From a virus (Duplodnaviria; Caudoviricetes), in the IMG/VR virus record IMGVR_UViG_3300017780_001365, positions 1 to 40,138 of that record: DNA of 40,138 nucleotides. The stretch is one strand, 5' to 3'. The position numbers and the translations under genes are program-made. Under the pieces are notes generated by a model that was given only the letters and a program-made list of their open reading frames with translations, was not told the DNA's origin and searched no databases. This document shows, one piece after another, positions 1 through 10,392 of this stretch (positions are counted from its first letter, which is position 1; each line of letters begins with the position of its first letter).

Positions 1-2
1 AG

Positions 3-3000
3 AGGAAAAAACCACTTGCAAACAGGGTAGCAATTACCGCACAAAAGAGAATGGCAAAGATTGCCGCTCAAGACTTGGCCATTGCTGAGGCTCAAACAGC
101 AGTGGAGGCGGCTAATGCCGTTCTAAAGAAAGAAGGCGCAACGGTAAATGTTGCGAATCGTCTAGCCGCTGATATCTCAACACGTGCAGGAGCCAACCCA
201 GAATTGGTTGCTAGGGCAAATCAAGCATCGCAAGTTGCAAGCCGTATTACTGAAAGCGCAAATCAAATTAGATCAACACTTCCAACAATAACCGCTGAAC
301 TTGATGGTTTGATTGCGAAGCGCAATAGCTTGGCAACCAGAATTCCAGAAGCCTACTCACAGAAGGTTCTTCAGACGATGGAACTTGGAAGGCAGGTGCG
401 CGCCATGCCAGCAAAGGCAGTTGGCGCAACCTTGGAACGTGTTGGTGACACTATTTCGAAGACTGATACGGCAGTCACAAACTTCCTTCAAGAACGTGGT
501 CTTGATCAAATGTACACCGCAGCCGTTGGTGCGGCTGGGGTCGTAGGTTTGGCAGGTAGTCCAGTTATCGGGGCTATCGGTGCAGGGGCAGCTGCACTCA
601 AGACTGGCAAGGTTCTATCCAATTATGGAAAGCTTTTCCGTTATGTTGGCAAGGAGATGGAGAATGTGCGTGGTCAGATTCCATTCTGGAAGCGTGTGGC
701 GGCACACACTACACCGGGTTCTTTCGGTCGTGGTGTAGCTCACACGTTTAACATGCTGGACCTTGGTGGTGTCACATCTGACACAATCCGCAGGGCGGGT
801 CGTGGTGTGGCCGCAGCCGCACCAACCGACTTGATGTTTGAGTACCTTTCTGATGGTGCTGACATGCGTCCAGAAACCCTGTATCAAGCGGGTGCTGAGT
901 CATTCTTTATTGGTGGATCATTTGCTGCCGCTGGTGGTGCGTTCATGGGAACCAAGAAGCGCATGCGTGAGCTTTCGATTGGTGATGAGCTTAACTTTAG
1001 ACGAGACCTTACGGACCCTCGTCAAAAAGCGTTGTTTGAGGCTATACCAGCAGGAACACGTAGGGCTATTGCTACATACTCAATTGCCAACCCAACACTA
1101 AACTACATCTTCAAGGACTCTGGTGCTAGTAGGTATGACCCTAATACCAATACTGCAATCATCAACGTAAAGTCAACCAACCCAATCAAGGCACTGGTTG
1201 CACACGAAACGCTTCACCATACAATCATCAAGAACAACATGGAAAATGGCATTTCTGCCCTGTTCCTTGGTGATACAAAAAATAATACGGTTGGTGGATT
1301 GTTCCGTTCTAGGGATGGAAAGCTAGACCCGAATTTCGAGGCATTCCGCGATGGATACTACAAGCGTCTTGGTGTCGAGGGTATGTCCAACGCAGAGAGG
1401 GATGCCATCTACCCACTCGACAAGATCGCGGTTGAATACTTCATCGAAAAGCATGCGGACCAGTATGCTGCTATGGCAGAATCTGGTGAGCTTGGAGCGG
1501 TCGCAGCCAGCGGTGCTGCTAGGCGCAAGCTTGGGTCGATACTTGAGACCGTCCTGCCTCGCATCCCAGTCCTCAAAGACCTCCACTTCAAGAGCGGTGG
1601 CATGATCGACGCGAATGGCGTATGGGTGACTGGAAACGGCATCCTAGACGCTGAGGGTGTCAAGCGTGACCCAATCACCAGCAAGATGTTCCGCGACATG
1701 AACAGGCGCAGTGCAGGGCTTGTACCGGGTCAGTTTGATCCGCTTATGAGCGATAAACCAGACTCTGGTGCGCCAATTATCCTTAACCCCGCTGACGGCA
1801 TCGATGCCGAGCTTCTTCACCCACTTGTCAAGGTTGACGACACTGGCAAGCCCATCATGCGGGACGGTAAACCTGTGGCACTAGACAGGGCTACAGAGCT
1901 TGAGCGTGCGCTTGCAGGGCTTACTGCCAAGGAAGTCCTACAGAGGAAGCGTGATGAGAACTACGCCCCAGAAAAGGGTGAGGCGCACATCGATGACGAG
2001 GGGCAATTCCAACCCGGATGGTTGTCCAACGATGTTCTCACCGAAATGTTCGCCAAGAACAAGTACAACCCAGAGCAGAAGCGCATCATACGCGAGATGA
2101 ACAAGCTAATCCGCAAGGGTGCTGGAGATCGCGTGGTGATGATTAACTTCCCAGCCACCACCCGCAACAAGGCTGGTAAGGTGGTTTATAAGCCGCAGGC
2201 TGCAACTCTCCGCGACACGGTTCCAGTCGCAGTTACAATCTCCAAGGACGGAAACCTGTTGTTTGGCTTGATGTCTGTCACCAAGCTTCATGAGAACATC
2301 CAGAAACGCTCACAGAGCAAGCGTGGTAAGAAACTTTATGGTGGCAACGTGGATTTGATCCTGCGCGACACGCAGGCAATGATGGACTACCACAAGCAAG
2401 GCGTGGATAGTCTTGAGTACTTCAGTCAGAAGTATGGTGCTGTCGAGGCAGACGAGCGCAAGAAGTTCATCAACACAATGTTTGGTCTGCTCAACCAAAA
2501 GGAACAGGCAGTTCTCAACCCAATGCTGTTGGAAGATGGGGTAAAAAGCCGTGATAACGTCTATCGCACCTACCGCGCAGATCGCGTCAGCAAGGCAATC
2601 CCGATGGCCCCAGAAGAGTACGCTGCAATGCCATTCAGCTACGAGGCAGTGAGTGCGGTGAGGATGCCAGAGCAACGCAAGATGCCAGAGGTATCCCCCG
2701 AAGACCTCAACCCCGTAGCTAACAAGCAGGAAGCACAGGGTCTGTGGGCAGACGGCAAGCAGATGTTTGCGATCAACGAAATGGATGAGAAGCTGACACC
2801 AATCACCTCCAAGGCGATGCTGGACTCTTATCCAGCAGATGCTATTGGTTGGATGGAGCCAGATACGGAACCGACTGGTCAGATGCGGTTCATGCCAGAG
2901 AAGCTAGATGCCGACTACATGAAAGCTGTGGAGTCTGGTGATGTGGAGACGCAGCAGAGGATGGTGGATGAGGCGGCGAAGAGGGCTGGGTATAGACAAG

Positions 3001-4916
3001 GAGTTTTATGGCATGGATCAAGAGGTAAAAAATTTACGGTTTTTGATGAAACTAAAGGAGATAGACTGCCTTGGATGGAAGGTCATGTAGGTCATTATTT
3101 CTCACCAGATAAAAACATTGCTAGTGCAATGGGTAGTAATGTTTTAGGTGCTTATCTTAAAATGGATAATCCATTGATTCTTGATGCTGGTGATTATTCT
3201 TATTCCGCAATTACACCAGCACGCAAAAAAGAGATTCAAAAACAAGGGTATGATTCAGTAATTGGAACTCCGCAAACTAATGCGGGGAAACAAGAATTTA
3301 TTGTATTTGATTCCAACCAAATCAAATCCGCAGACCCCATCACCTACGACAACTCTGGCAATGTCATCCCGTTGAGCAAGCGGTTTGATGTGGGGAGTAG
3401 GGATATTCGGTATATGCCGGAGGTTAATATCACCACACCAAATGATCGTGTTCAAAAAGGTTATGATTACACATACTTGGATAGTCTTTCTAGAGATCCA
3501 AATACAAACGCTATTCAACTGACGAGACCAATTGGAAAAAAAGAAGCCTTGCCGCTAATATCAGAAAAACAAAAAATAATCAACGAGGCCGATATTGACT
3601 CATTTCAGTTTACAGATTCAGCTAATGTTAGTCTTTATTTGAACAACGGCAAAAAGGTTAGATTTCGATTTGATCCAGCATTGCTAGAAAAGCCAGAAGT
3701 TAAAGATTTTGCAACAGAACACGCTGGAAAACGCATTCAAATAGCAATGGCTGATAGGCACACCGCAACAGGTGGTGATATGGGTGGAGTTTTGTACCCT
3801 TGGCTAAAGTCAAATCAAGTTACAATTCTTGGTGATGACGGAATAGAATACAAAGCTGTATGGGCAAACAATGCTTGGAAGCCAGTATTGAGCATGCGAA
3901 AGAAAGCATTTGATCAAGGAATATTTGATTTGGCGGTTTATATAATGGGGCCGGATGCTCATGGTTCTAATTTGCGTACAGTAAGAACTGTATCTAACGA
4001 AATTGAACACGCTAATATATCTTCAGCATACAAAGATGTTTTGCTTTATGCAGCCAATTATGGTGTAACACGATTTAATATATCGCATTACACTACGGAA
4101 ATAGCAAAGAAAAACAAAATATTGTCTGAGTTGAATTCTCAAATTGACAAATCAAATAATCAAAATGAGATCACAAAACTAGGCAAACAAAAGTCAAAAC
4201 TTGAAAAAGAAATAAAAACAGCAGAGAAGAAGCTGGAATCTTACAAGATTTCAGAAGAGGAAACACAGCTTGCCGCAATTCTTAAAAACTACAAAGCTGC
4301 TACTACCAGACTTAAAAATAATACTGGCACAGAAAAAGGGGTCAAAACGCACAAACAAGCTTTAGATAAATTTATTAAATCTGCCAAGTTCAAGAAAATT
4401 CAAAAAGGAATTCATGGAAAGCAAATGATCAATCTTGGTAGTTCATTTGATGAAAGAAAAGCAGCAGTCAATGCCACATATGGAATTGATGCAGAAGGAT
4501 TTGATACGCAGTCAGTAATGAACGAGCTTGCTGATTTTGATGGAGCTGATATTAACCAAATTGTTGCCAGCGTTGAATTGTCAAGAAATCCAGATTTATT
4601 TGCCGTTTATCTTGGTGACGATCCAAAACAAGCCAAGTTTATGACCCCACAGGAAACCAAGGCGGCACAGCAACTCAAAGCTGATCCAAATTTTGTCCCT
4701 CATGAATCTTATGAGTGGGTCATGCTTGGGCCTAAAAATGGTAACAACTTTTTGAATTCTAACCCAAAAAGAGCTGTGGAATATTTCCCAAATTTTGCTA
4801 GACAATACAGCGAAAAAACAGGAAAGTTAACAGGTGTTCCGCAGGAGACATCCATCATGGGTGCGATGCGTGATAGCGGAGCTGTGATCCTTGAACTTCC
4901 ATCTAAAGCACAATGA
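3..4916 (+). CDS. C-terminal part of a large polyvalent / internal virion (ejection) protein with an HExxH metallopeptidase-like region and an ART-PolyVal-like ADP-ribosyltransferase domain
   Basis: Frame is open from base 3 (RKKPLANRVAITAQKRM...), so it is 5'-truncated. Ala/Gly-rich N-part; AHETLHH at 1200-1220; WHGS...GHYFS...YLKMDNPL...GYDSVI...QEFIVFDSNQIKSA at ~3009-3330; repeated R/K-(F/Y)-MPE linkers. Confidence 0.75.
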   Translation, partial: RKKPLANRVAITAQKRMAKIAAQDLAIAEAQTAVEAANAVLKKEGATVNVANRLAADISTRAGANPELVARANQASQVASRITESANQIRSTLPTITAELDGLIAKRNSLATRIPEAYSQKVLQTMELGRQVRAMPAKAVGATLERVGDTISKTDTAVTNFLQERGLDQMYTAAVGAAGVVGLAGSPVIGAIGAGAAALKTGKVLSNYGKLFRYVGKEMENVRGQIPFWKRVAAHTTPGSFGRGVAHTFNMLDLGGVTSDTIRRAGRGVAAAAPTDLMFEYLSDGADMRPETLYQAGAESFFIGGSFAAAGGAFMGTKKRMRELSIGDELNFRRDLTDPRQKALFEAIPAGTRRAIATYSIANPTLNYIFKDSGASRYDPNTNTAIINVKSTNPIKALVAHETLHHTIIKNNMENGISALFLGDTKNNTVGGLFRSRDGKLDPNFEAFRDGYYKRLGVEGMSNAERDAIYPLDKIAVEYFIEKHADQYAAMAESGELGAVAASGAARRKLGSILETVLPRIPVLKDLHFKSGGMIDANGVWVTGNGILDAEGVKRDPITSKMFRDMNRRSAGLVPGQFDPLMSDKPDSGAPIILNPADGIDAELLHPLVKVDDTGKPIMRDGKPVALDRATELERALAGLTAKEVLQRKRDENYAPEKGEAHIDDEGQFQPGWLSNDVLTEMFAKNKYNPEQKRIIREMNKLIRKGAGDRVVMINFPATTRNKAGKVVYKPQAATLRDTVPVAVTISKDGNLLFGLMSVTKLHENIQKRSQSKRGKKLYGGNVDLILRDTQAMMDYHKQGVDSLEYFSQKYGAVEADERKKFINTMFGLLNQKEQAVLNPMLLEDGVKSRDNVYRTYRADRVSKAIPMAPEEYAAMPFSYEAVSAVRMPEQRKMPEVSPEDLNPVANKQEAQGLWADGKQMFAINEMDEKLTPITSKAMLDSYPADAIGWMEPDTEPTGQMRFMPEKLDADYMKAVESGDVETQQRMVDEAAKRAGYRQGVLWHGSRGKKFTVFDETKGDRLPWMEGHVGHYFSPDKNIASAMGSNVLGAYLKMDNPLILDAGDYSYSAITPARKKEIQKQGYDSVIGTPQTNAGKQEFIVFDSNQIKSADPITYDNSGNVIPLSKRFDVGSRDIRYMPEVNITTPNDRVQKGYDYTYLDSLSRDPNTNAIQLTRPIGKKEALPLISEKQKIINEADIDSFQFTDSANVSLYLNNGKKVRFRFDPALLEKPEVKDFATEHAGKRIQIAMADRHTATGGDMGGVLYPWLKSNQVTILGDDGIEYKAVWANNAWKPVLSMRKKAFDQGIFDLAVYIMGPDAHGSNLRTVRTVSNEIEHANISSAYKDVLLYAANYGVTRFNISHYTTEIAKKNKILSELNSQIDKSNNQNEITKLGKQKSKLEKEIKTAEKKLESYKISEEETQLAAILKNYKAATTRLKNNTGTEKGVKTHKQALDKFIKSAKFKKIQKGIHGKQMINLGSSFDERKAAVNATYGIDAEGFDTQSVMNELADFDGADINQIVASVELSRNPDLFAVYLGDDPKQAKFMTPQETKAAQQLKADPNFVPHESYEWVMLGPKNGNNFLNSNPKRAVEYFPNFARQYSEKTGKLTGVPQETSIMGAMRDSGAVILELPSKAQ

Positions 4917-5119
4917 AAGACATCATCAAGTACATCAACTACTCAAGACATGAGGACACATCGACCGAACTTCTAGAGGAGATGGGGTTTAGGATTTACG
5001 ATACTGGACAAGGATCATTTTATTATGTTGACCCTAAAGCACCAGAAGAAGCCGACTTCCTCGCAAGTTCGGCTGCGCAAGGAGATCCAGATGTCGAAAA
5101 GGCTATCTTGAAGTACTAA
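4913..5119 (+). CDS. Small acidic hypothetical protein (68 aa)
   Basis: ATGA overlap with the upstream stop; fills the gap before the terminase genes. Confidence 0.7.
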   Translation: MKDIIKYINYSRHEDTSTELLEEMGFRIYDTGQGSFYYVDPKAPEEADFLASSAAQGDPDVEKAILKY

Positions 5120-5127
5120 AACTCACC

Positions 5128-5667
5128 ATGAGCGAGAAACTAACCGCAGAACCAGATCAAGAATGGTTCGCAGAGGTCATGCGCCGAGCCGAGGAACACG
5201 GCAACAGGCAGCGTGTGGAGTTCTGGAACCCAGAAGCAGCCGCAAAAGCCCTCTGGCTCCTAGCGCAGGGTAAGAGCATCAAAAGCACCTCCGAGGTCAC
5301 AGGGCTTGCTAGGGACACCGTGCGGTCTCTCATGTGGCGGCATAGCGACACGCTGGAGACGAAGCGCAAGGAGTTCAGCCAGAAGTACGCGATGGCGGCA
5401 GAGACCTACACCGACCTGCTATTTGCCAAGGCCGACCAGTTGGCAGATGACCCCGACCAACTCAAGAACATCTCCCCCGACCGACTTGCCATCACCGTGG
5501 GTGTCCTCACGGACAAGAGCATGCAGCTATCTGGCATGGCTACAGCAGTCGTGGAACACAGGCAGGGTGCTAGTATCGACGATGCCGCGAAGATGATCGC
5601 TGAGGCACGTTCTAGGCTTGCCAACAAGGTCAAGGAGCGTGCTATCGAGGCCGAGGTTGTCGCATGA
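5128..5667 (+). CDS. Probable terminase small subunit (HTH protein)
   Basis: HTH-like segment LLAQGKSIKSTSEVTGLARDTVRSL; helical; C-terminal IEAEVV; located just upstream of TerL. Confidence 0.6.
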   Translation: MSEKLTAEPDQEWFAEVMRRAEEHGNRQRVEFWNPEAAAKALWLLAQGKSIKSTSEVTGLARDTVRSLMWRHSDTLETKRKEFSQKYAMAAETYTDLLFAKADQLADDPDQLKNISPDRLAITVGVLTDKSMQLSGMATAVVEHRQGASIDDAAKMIAEARSRLANKVKERAIEAEVVA

Positions 5668-6002
5668 TCAAGGAACCAGAATCAAGGTTTGATGGACTCA
5701 ACTTCTACCATTATGTGGTGGAGCATGACGGAAAAGCGCACCAGTGCAACACTCTGGCTTATGCCTCGTACTTGGCTGAAAAGTTTGACGCAAAAATATG
5801 GAGCGTAGTGCTTCAGAAGCACATTGAACCTCACATTGGCCTTTGCGGATACTGCGAAAAGTACAGCAAGTTGCATTTTGTGGATGGCAATCGAGGTTCA
5901 TTTCCTCCAAAAGATGACGAATTTGGATGCCATGAATGTGGTAGCGTGTACAGGATAATTGACATTCTGATGGAAACTGGCGCATACAAGGAAAAGGAAT
6001 GA
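5664..6002 (+). CDS. Hypothetical protein with Zn-ribbon-like CxxC pairs
   Basis: CGYC...CHEC; ATGA overlaps at both ends; AT-richer than its neighbours. Confidence 0.7.
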   Translation: MIKEPESRFDGLNFYHYVVEHDGKAHQCNTLAYASYLAEKFDAKIWSVVLQKHIEPHIGLCGYCEKYSKLHFVDGNRGSFPPKDDEFGCHECGSVYRIIDILMETGAYKEKE

Positions 6003-7597
6003 ACTGGAAACACCACCAGATCCTATCCCCGCCCACCGACGAGGAGATTGCGCTCATGGAGCCTGCGGAGCTTGTAGAGCTTCACAGGGTGTACCACGAG
6101 GCAATTGCCAACGCAGAACGCGACCCGTACCGCTATGGGTTCCGACTCCCGCACTGGGCAAAGGCTGAGGAACAACTCAAGGAGGTAAACGAGATTGTAG
6201 CCCTAGGAGGCAACCGCAGTGGCAAGACGCAGTGGGGTGCATTCTCCGTGGTTCGGGCGGCAATCGAGAACCCCAACTCCGAGATCATGTGCTTTGCACA
6301 GACATCCGAGGTCAGCATCCGACAGCAGCAGAGTGCCGTGTGGGACTGGTTGCCTGCGGAACTGCGGACCAAGCAGACATCCTCTGGGACATACATCAGT
6401 TACACCAAGAAGAATGGATTCACCGACTCATCGCTCATCCTACCAAATGGCTCACAGATCATCTTCAAGACATACTCCCAGTACCAGAACAACCCGACCA
6501 TCCTTGAGGGAGCGGAGTTGGGTTCCCGGTCTCCTGTGTGGCATAATGTGGGCTGTTGGTTGGACGAGTATCTTCTTGGCCCAGAGCTAATCAATACCCT
6601 GCGGTTCCGACTCGCAACCCGCGATGCCAAACTACTGCTGACCTTCACCCCGATTGACGGGTACACAGAGGTCATCAAGGAGTACCTAGACGGTGCTGCT
6701 AGCGTCGAGCGCAGGGAGGCAGAACTACTTAACGGAGAGCTAGTGCCATACGTCCAGCGCAGTAAGAAGCGCAACGCGAGCGTCCACTACTTCCACTCCC
6801 AAGACAACCCTTTCGGTGGCTACGAGCGAATCAAGGAGACATTGGTGGGTAGGCCTAGGGAGGAGATCCTAATTCGTGCGTATGGGGTTCCAGTCAAGTC
6901 CCACGCCACCAAGTTTCCGAAGTTCAACAAGGAGGTTAATATTGTTAGCCCAGACAAGATTCCAACCCGCAATGTCACGCGCTACCACATCATTGACCCT
7001 GCTGGGGCCAAGAACTGGTTCATGGCATGGATTGCTGTGGATGAGACTGGAACGTACTGGGTGTACCGCGAGTGGCCGGGTGTTGACGTGGGTGACTGGG
7101 CAGAGTGGCGCGGAGGCAAGTGGCAACCGGGTCAAGGGTGCAAGGGCATGGGCTATGGAATCACCGACTATGTGGAACTAATCCACGACCTTGAGGGTGA
7201 TGAGGAAATCGCGGAACGACTGATTGACCCACGACTAGGCGCGGCCAAGTACCAAGCATCTGACGGGGCATCTAGCATCATTGAGGATCTCAACGACCAA
7301 GACATTGTGTGCATCCCCGCCCCCGGTCTGGAGATCGATGACGGATTGCAGGCTTTGATCGGGAAAATGGCATACAATACAACTATCCCGCAAGATTCGG
7401 TCAACCGACCGCATTTCTATGTCAGTTCCGACTGCGAGAACATCATCCAAGCCCTGTCCGAGTACACGGGCGAGGGTGGACTCAAGGAGGCATGGAAAGA
7501 CCCTATCGACGTGTTACGCTATGCTGCCGTGGCAGGTATTGACCATGTCGATGGAAGTGTTATATCTGTAACCAGACAAGGAACTGGAGGGTACTAA
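5999..7597 (+). CDS. terL: Terminase large subunit
   Basis: Walker A GGNRSGKT, Walker B CWLDE, motif III LTFTP, RNase H-like nuclease residues IIDPAG...DPR...KDPIDVLRY. Confidence 0.93.
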   Translation: MNWKHHQILSPPTDEEIALMEPAELVELHRVYHEAIANAERDPYRYGFRLPHWAKAEEQLKEVNEIVALGGNRSGKTQWGAFSVVRAAIENPNSEIMCFAQTSEVSIRQQQSAVWDWLPAELRTKQTSSGTYISYTKKNGFTDSSLILPNGSQIIFKTYSQYQNNPTILEGAELGSRSPVWHNVGCWLDEYLLGPELINTLRFRLATRDAKLLLTFTPIDGYTEVIKEYLDGAASVERREAELLNGELVPYVQRSKKRNASVHYFHSQDNPFGGYERIKETLVGRPREEILIRAYGVPVKSHATKFPKFNKEVNIVSPDKIPTRNVTRYHIIDPAGAKNWFMAWIAVDETGTYWVYREWPGVDVGDWAEWRGGKWQPGQGCKGMGYGITDYVELIHDLEGDEEIAERLIDPRLGAAKYQASDGASSIIEDLNDQDIVCIPAPGLEIDDGLQALIGKMAYNTTIPQDSVNRPHFYVSSDCENIIQALSEYTGEGGLKEAWKDPIDVLRYAAVAGIDHVDGSVISVTRQGTGGY

Positions 7598-7815
7598 TGA
7601 AAAACGAAGCACAACTCACCGCAGAGTCTCTGATCATTGCCTGCCTCAAGGAGGCATACTTCCGCAGGGTCAAGCAGGAGAAGCTAGGGAAGACCCCTAA
7701 GCTCACGCAGGAAATCGACCTGCTGGAGATGGCAATCCAAGACTTTCAAGACGTAATGAATTATGAAGAAAGCAACGAAAACAGCAAAGGCCAAGAAGTC
7801 CCCCAAGGCTACTAA
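7597..7815 (+). CDS. Hypothetical protein
   Basis: TAATG coupling to the terL stop. Confidence 0.6.
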   Translation: MKNEAQLTAESLIIACLKEAYFRRVKQEKLGKTPKLTQEIDLLEMAIQDFQDVMNYEESNENSKGQEVPQGY

Positions 7816-8050
7816 GCCAATTGAGCCAGAAATTGTCCAAGATGACCCGCAACCTGTCCAAATTGTGGATGAGGTGTTGGTAATTAGACTCGCTAACAAT
7901 CCCAGATATGTATATGCCTCAAAAGATGGGGAGCGCATTTCGGTCGAAGTCCCGATGTGGATGTCACCTAGGCTGCCCGGCAAGACCATCAAGGTCGTCA
8001 AGAACCCAGATTCCGAACACTACTCACTAGCACCCGCAGATGGAAATTGA
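7763..8050 (+). CDS. Hypothetical protein with Lys-rich N-terminus
   Basis: ORF bridging to the portal gene; plausible globular C-terminal half. Confidence 0.65.
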   Translation: MKKATKTAKAKKSPKATKPIEPEIVQDDPQPVQIVDEVLVIRLANNPRYVYASKDGERISVEVPMWMSPRLPGKTIKVVKNPDSEHYSLAPADGN

Positions 8051-10115
8051 ACGCGAAACAGAATCCCTTGAGGGGGAGGAAATGATCTATGTTGACAAGG
8101 AGCCAGATATTGGTGCGTTGTCCAACGCCTACGATACCTGTCTGATCGACCTTGACTACTATTTTGAATCGTGCCTGCGCTCGTACGAGGATCGACGCAA
8201 CATCTGGGACGGGAAGTCTGATGACCTGCGGAAGAATGGTGCAAACGCCTTCCCTTGGCAGGGTGCGTCCGACCAAGAGGTTAATGTCATTGGTGAGCGG
8301 ATTGACACCTATGTGGCCCTGTTCGACCAAGCCCTCCAGCGTTCCCACATCAAGGCATTCCCGACCAGCATGGCATCGATGCCACGGGCGGCAATGGTCT
8401 CTGGTTTCCTTAAGTGGATGCGCTCGACGTACATCCCCAATTTCCGCGAACACATGGAGTTGGGAGCCAACTACCTGCTAGAAAAGGGTCTCATGATCAC
8501 CTACGTGGGTTGGCAGCGTGAGTCCCGCACCTACCTCCAGACGTTGACGCTGGACGAGGTGGCGCAGGCAGCCCCAGAGATCGTGGATATGCTCCTAGAC
8601 GAGAATGCCTCAGAAATGGCTCTAGGATTGATTTCTCAAGCTTACCCAGCACTTTCGTCTAAGAGAGCCAAAAAGGCACTCAAAGACCTCAGAACGAAGG
8701 GAGAGGCCCAAATGCCGATTCCTCGTATTTCGGTGGATCGTCCCGTGGTTCACTCCTGCGCCCCAGATGGTGAGGTGCTGTTCCCACCCTACGTCTCCGA
8801 CCCGCAACGCAGCCCCTACATTTTCTGGCGCACCTTCCTCACGGCTCAAGAGTTGGAGAAGAAGGTCGTCACCGAAGGTTGGGATTCCGATTGGGTGGAC
8901 AAGGCAATCGACACCCTGCGCGGCAAGGACTCGATGTACTACGATGGCGAGAAGCTCAAGACCGACACCCGCCTGCCCATCACCGACGACAACGACCTTG
9001 TGATGGTCATCTATGCCTATCAACGCCTTATCGACGAGGAGGATGGTTCCGAGGGCATCTACTGCACCGTGTTCCACCCCGCAACCGAGGGCTATGCCAA
9101 GCACGAACTTCTTAATGGTTATGACGACTATCCTTTTGTCGTAACCCGTTTGAGCAATAACCAGAAACGAATGTATGAGGTACAGACCTTTAGCGACATA
9201 CTCCGAGGTCCGCAGATGCAGATCAAGACCGAGCGTGATAGCAGGATTGATCGTGCTTCTCTCGCTACTCTGCCTCCTCTCATGCACCCCGCAGGCAAGC
9301 CCCCGTCCGACTGGGGTCCGGGTCGCAGGGTTCCATACCGTAGACTTGGGGAGATCCAGTTCGGTCCAATTCCACCCGTGGACAATGGTTCCATTGAGGT
9401 CGAAGTCTCGATGATCGGTCAAGCCGACCGTGCCGTGGGACTGGACATGGCAAACCCGCTCGCGTCTATGCGCCAGCAGTACTTTGTCAGCAAGTTCCTT
9501 GACCACGTCCGTGATGTGCTTGGACTGGCATGGAAGCTATTCCAGCGCATGGGACCAGACGAGGTGTTCTTCCAAGTCACAGGCAATCCAAACCCGCAGG
9601 TGATGACCAAGGGAAGCCCCGACGAGAACTTCTCCATCGTGGTGAACTTCGACTCGCAGTCGAACGACCCAGAGACCGCAGAGACGCAGTTGAAGAACAT
9701 GGTGTCGCTCGTCCAACTCGACCGCAACGGCATCATGGATGTGAACAAGTTGCTGGAGTTCACCGCATCCTCGATCAACCCGATCTTTGCCGACTATGTC
9801 CTGCAACCCGCCGAGGAAGCTCAGCAGAAGGTCATGAAGAACGTCACCGACGACCTTGCTAAAATCTTTGCAGGCATCGAAGTGCCGGCGCAACCCAACG
9901 GGGCGCAGATCGCAATGCAGTTGGTGCAGGCGTATGTCCAGCAACCAGACGTTGCACAACGCGCACAGACGGACGAGGCATTCGCGGCACGACTTCAGAA
10001 GTACGCCGAGCAGTACCAGTTCCAACTCCAGCAAGCCCAGAACGCAGAGATCGGTCGAATCGGCACGGCTCCCGCGCAGATGGGTGGAACGCAAACGCAA
10101 GGAATGCAGCAGTAA
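8040..10115 (+). CDS. Portal protein (podovirus/P22-like)
   Basis: 691 aa after TerL; helical; YPFVV motif; Gln-rich C-terminal region typical of long podoviral portals. Confidence 0.8.
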   Translation: MEIERETESLEGEEMIYVDKEPDIGALSNAYDTCLIDLDYYFESCLRSYEDRRNIWDGKSDDLRKNGANAFPWQGASDQEVNVIGERIDTYVALFDQALQRSHIKAFPTSMASMPRAAMVSGFLKWMRSTYIPNFREHMELGANYLLEKGLMITYVGWQRESRTYLQTLTLDEVAQAAPEIVDMLLDENASEMALGLISQAYPALSSKRAKKALKDLRTKGEAQMPIPRISVDRPVVHSCAPDGEVLFPPYVSDPQRSPYIFWRTFLTAQELEKKVVTEGWDSDWVDKAIDTLRGKDSMYYDGEKLKTDTRLPITDDNDLVMVIYAYQRLIDEEDGSEGIYCTVFHPATEGYAKHELLNGYDDYPFVVTRLSNNQKRMYEVQTFSDILRGPQMQIKTERDSRIDRASLATLPPLMHPAGKPPSDWGPGRRVPYRRLGEIQFGPIPPVDNGSIEVEVSMIGQADRAVGLDMANPLASMRQQYFVSKFLDHVRDVLGLAWKLFQRMGPDEVFFQVTGNPNPQVMTKGSPDENFSIVVNFDSQSNDPETAETQLKNMVSLVQLDRNGIMDVNKLLEFTASSINPIFADYVLQPAEEAQQKVMKNVTDDLAKIFAGIEVPAQPNGAQIAMQLVQAYVQQPDVAQRAQTDEAFAARLQKYAEQYQFQLQQAQNAEIGRIGTAPAQMGGTQTQGMQQ

Positions 10116-10131
10116 TCACCAACTAAATATT

Positions 10132-10392
10132 ATGGAATACAAACCTAAAACATCGTGGCTTAAACAGCAGATTGCACGGAAGACTAGAGGAGTGCGCGAT
10201 TACAACATTGCCGAAGCTCAAATGCAGGAAAAGCAAATGAAGTACCTTCAACGCAGCCCTAGATTTGCATCTCTTAGTAGCGCAACCCAAAAGGTTCAAG
10301 AGGACATCCGCGCTGACATCAAGGGCTACATCCACGCCAAAAACAAGGCACGTGGCACGCAAAGTTCCGCTGAACGCAAGGTTGTCAAATGA
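10132..10392 (+). CDS. Small basic hypothetical protein (MEYKPKTSWLKQQ...)
   Basis: ATG at 10132 after an A-rich leader; the ORF-track start at 9856 overlaps the portal. Confidence 0.65.
   Translation: MEYKPKTSWLKQQIARKTRGVRDYNIAEAQMQEKQMKYLQRSPRFASLSSATQKVQEDIRADIKGYIHAKNKARGTQSSAERKVVK

Noticed and set aside
8622-9506. Long minus-strand ORFs (also 14198-14836, 20638-21291, 36356-36967)
   Set aside because: Antisense shadows of codon-biased + strand genes with no independent protein features.
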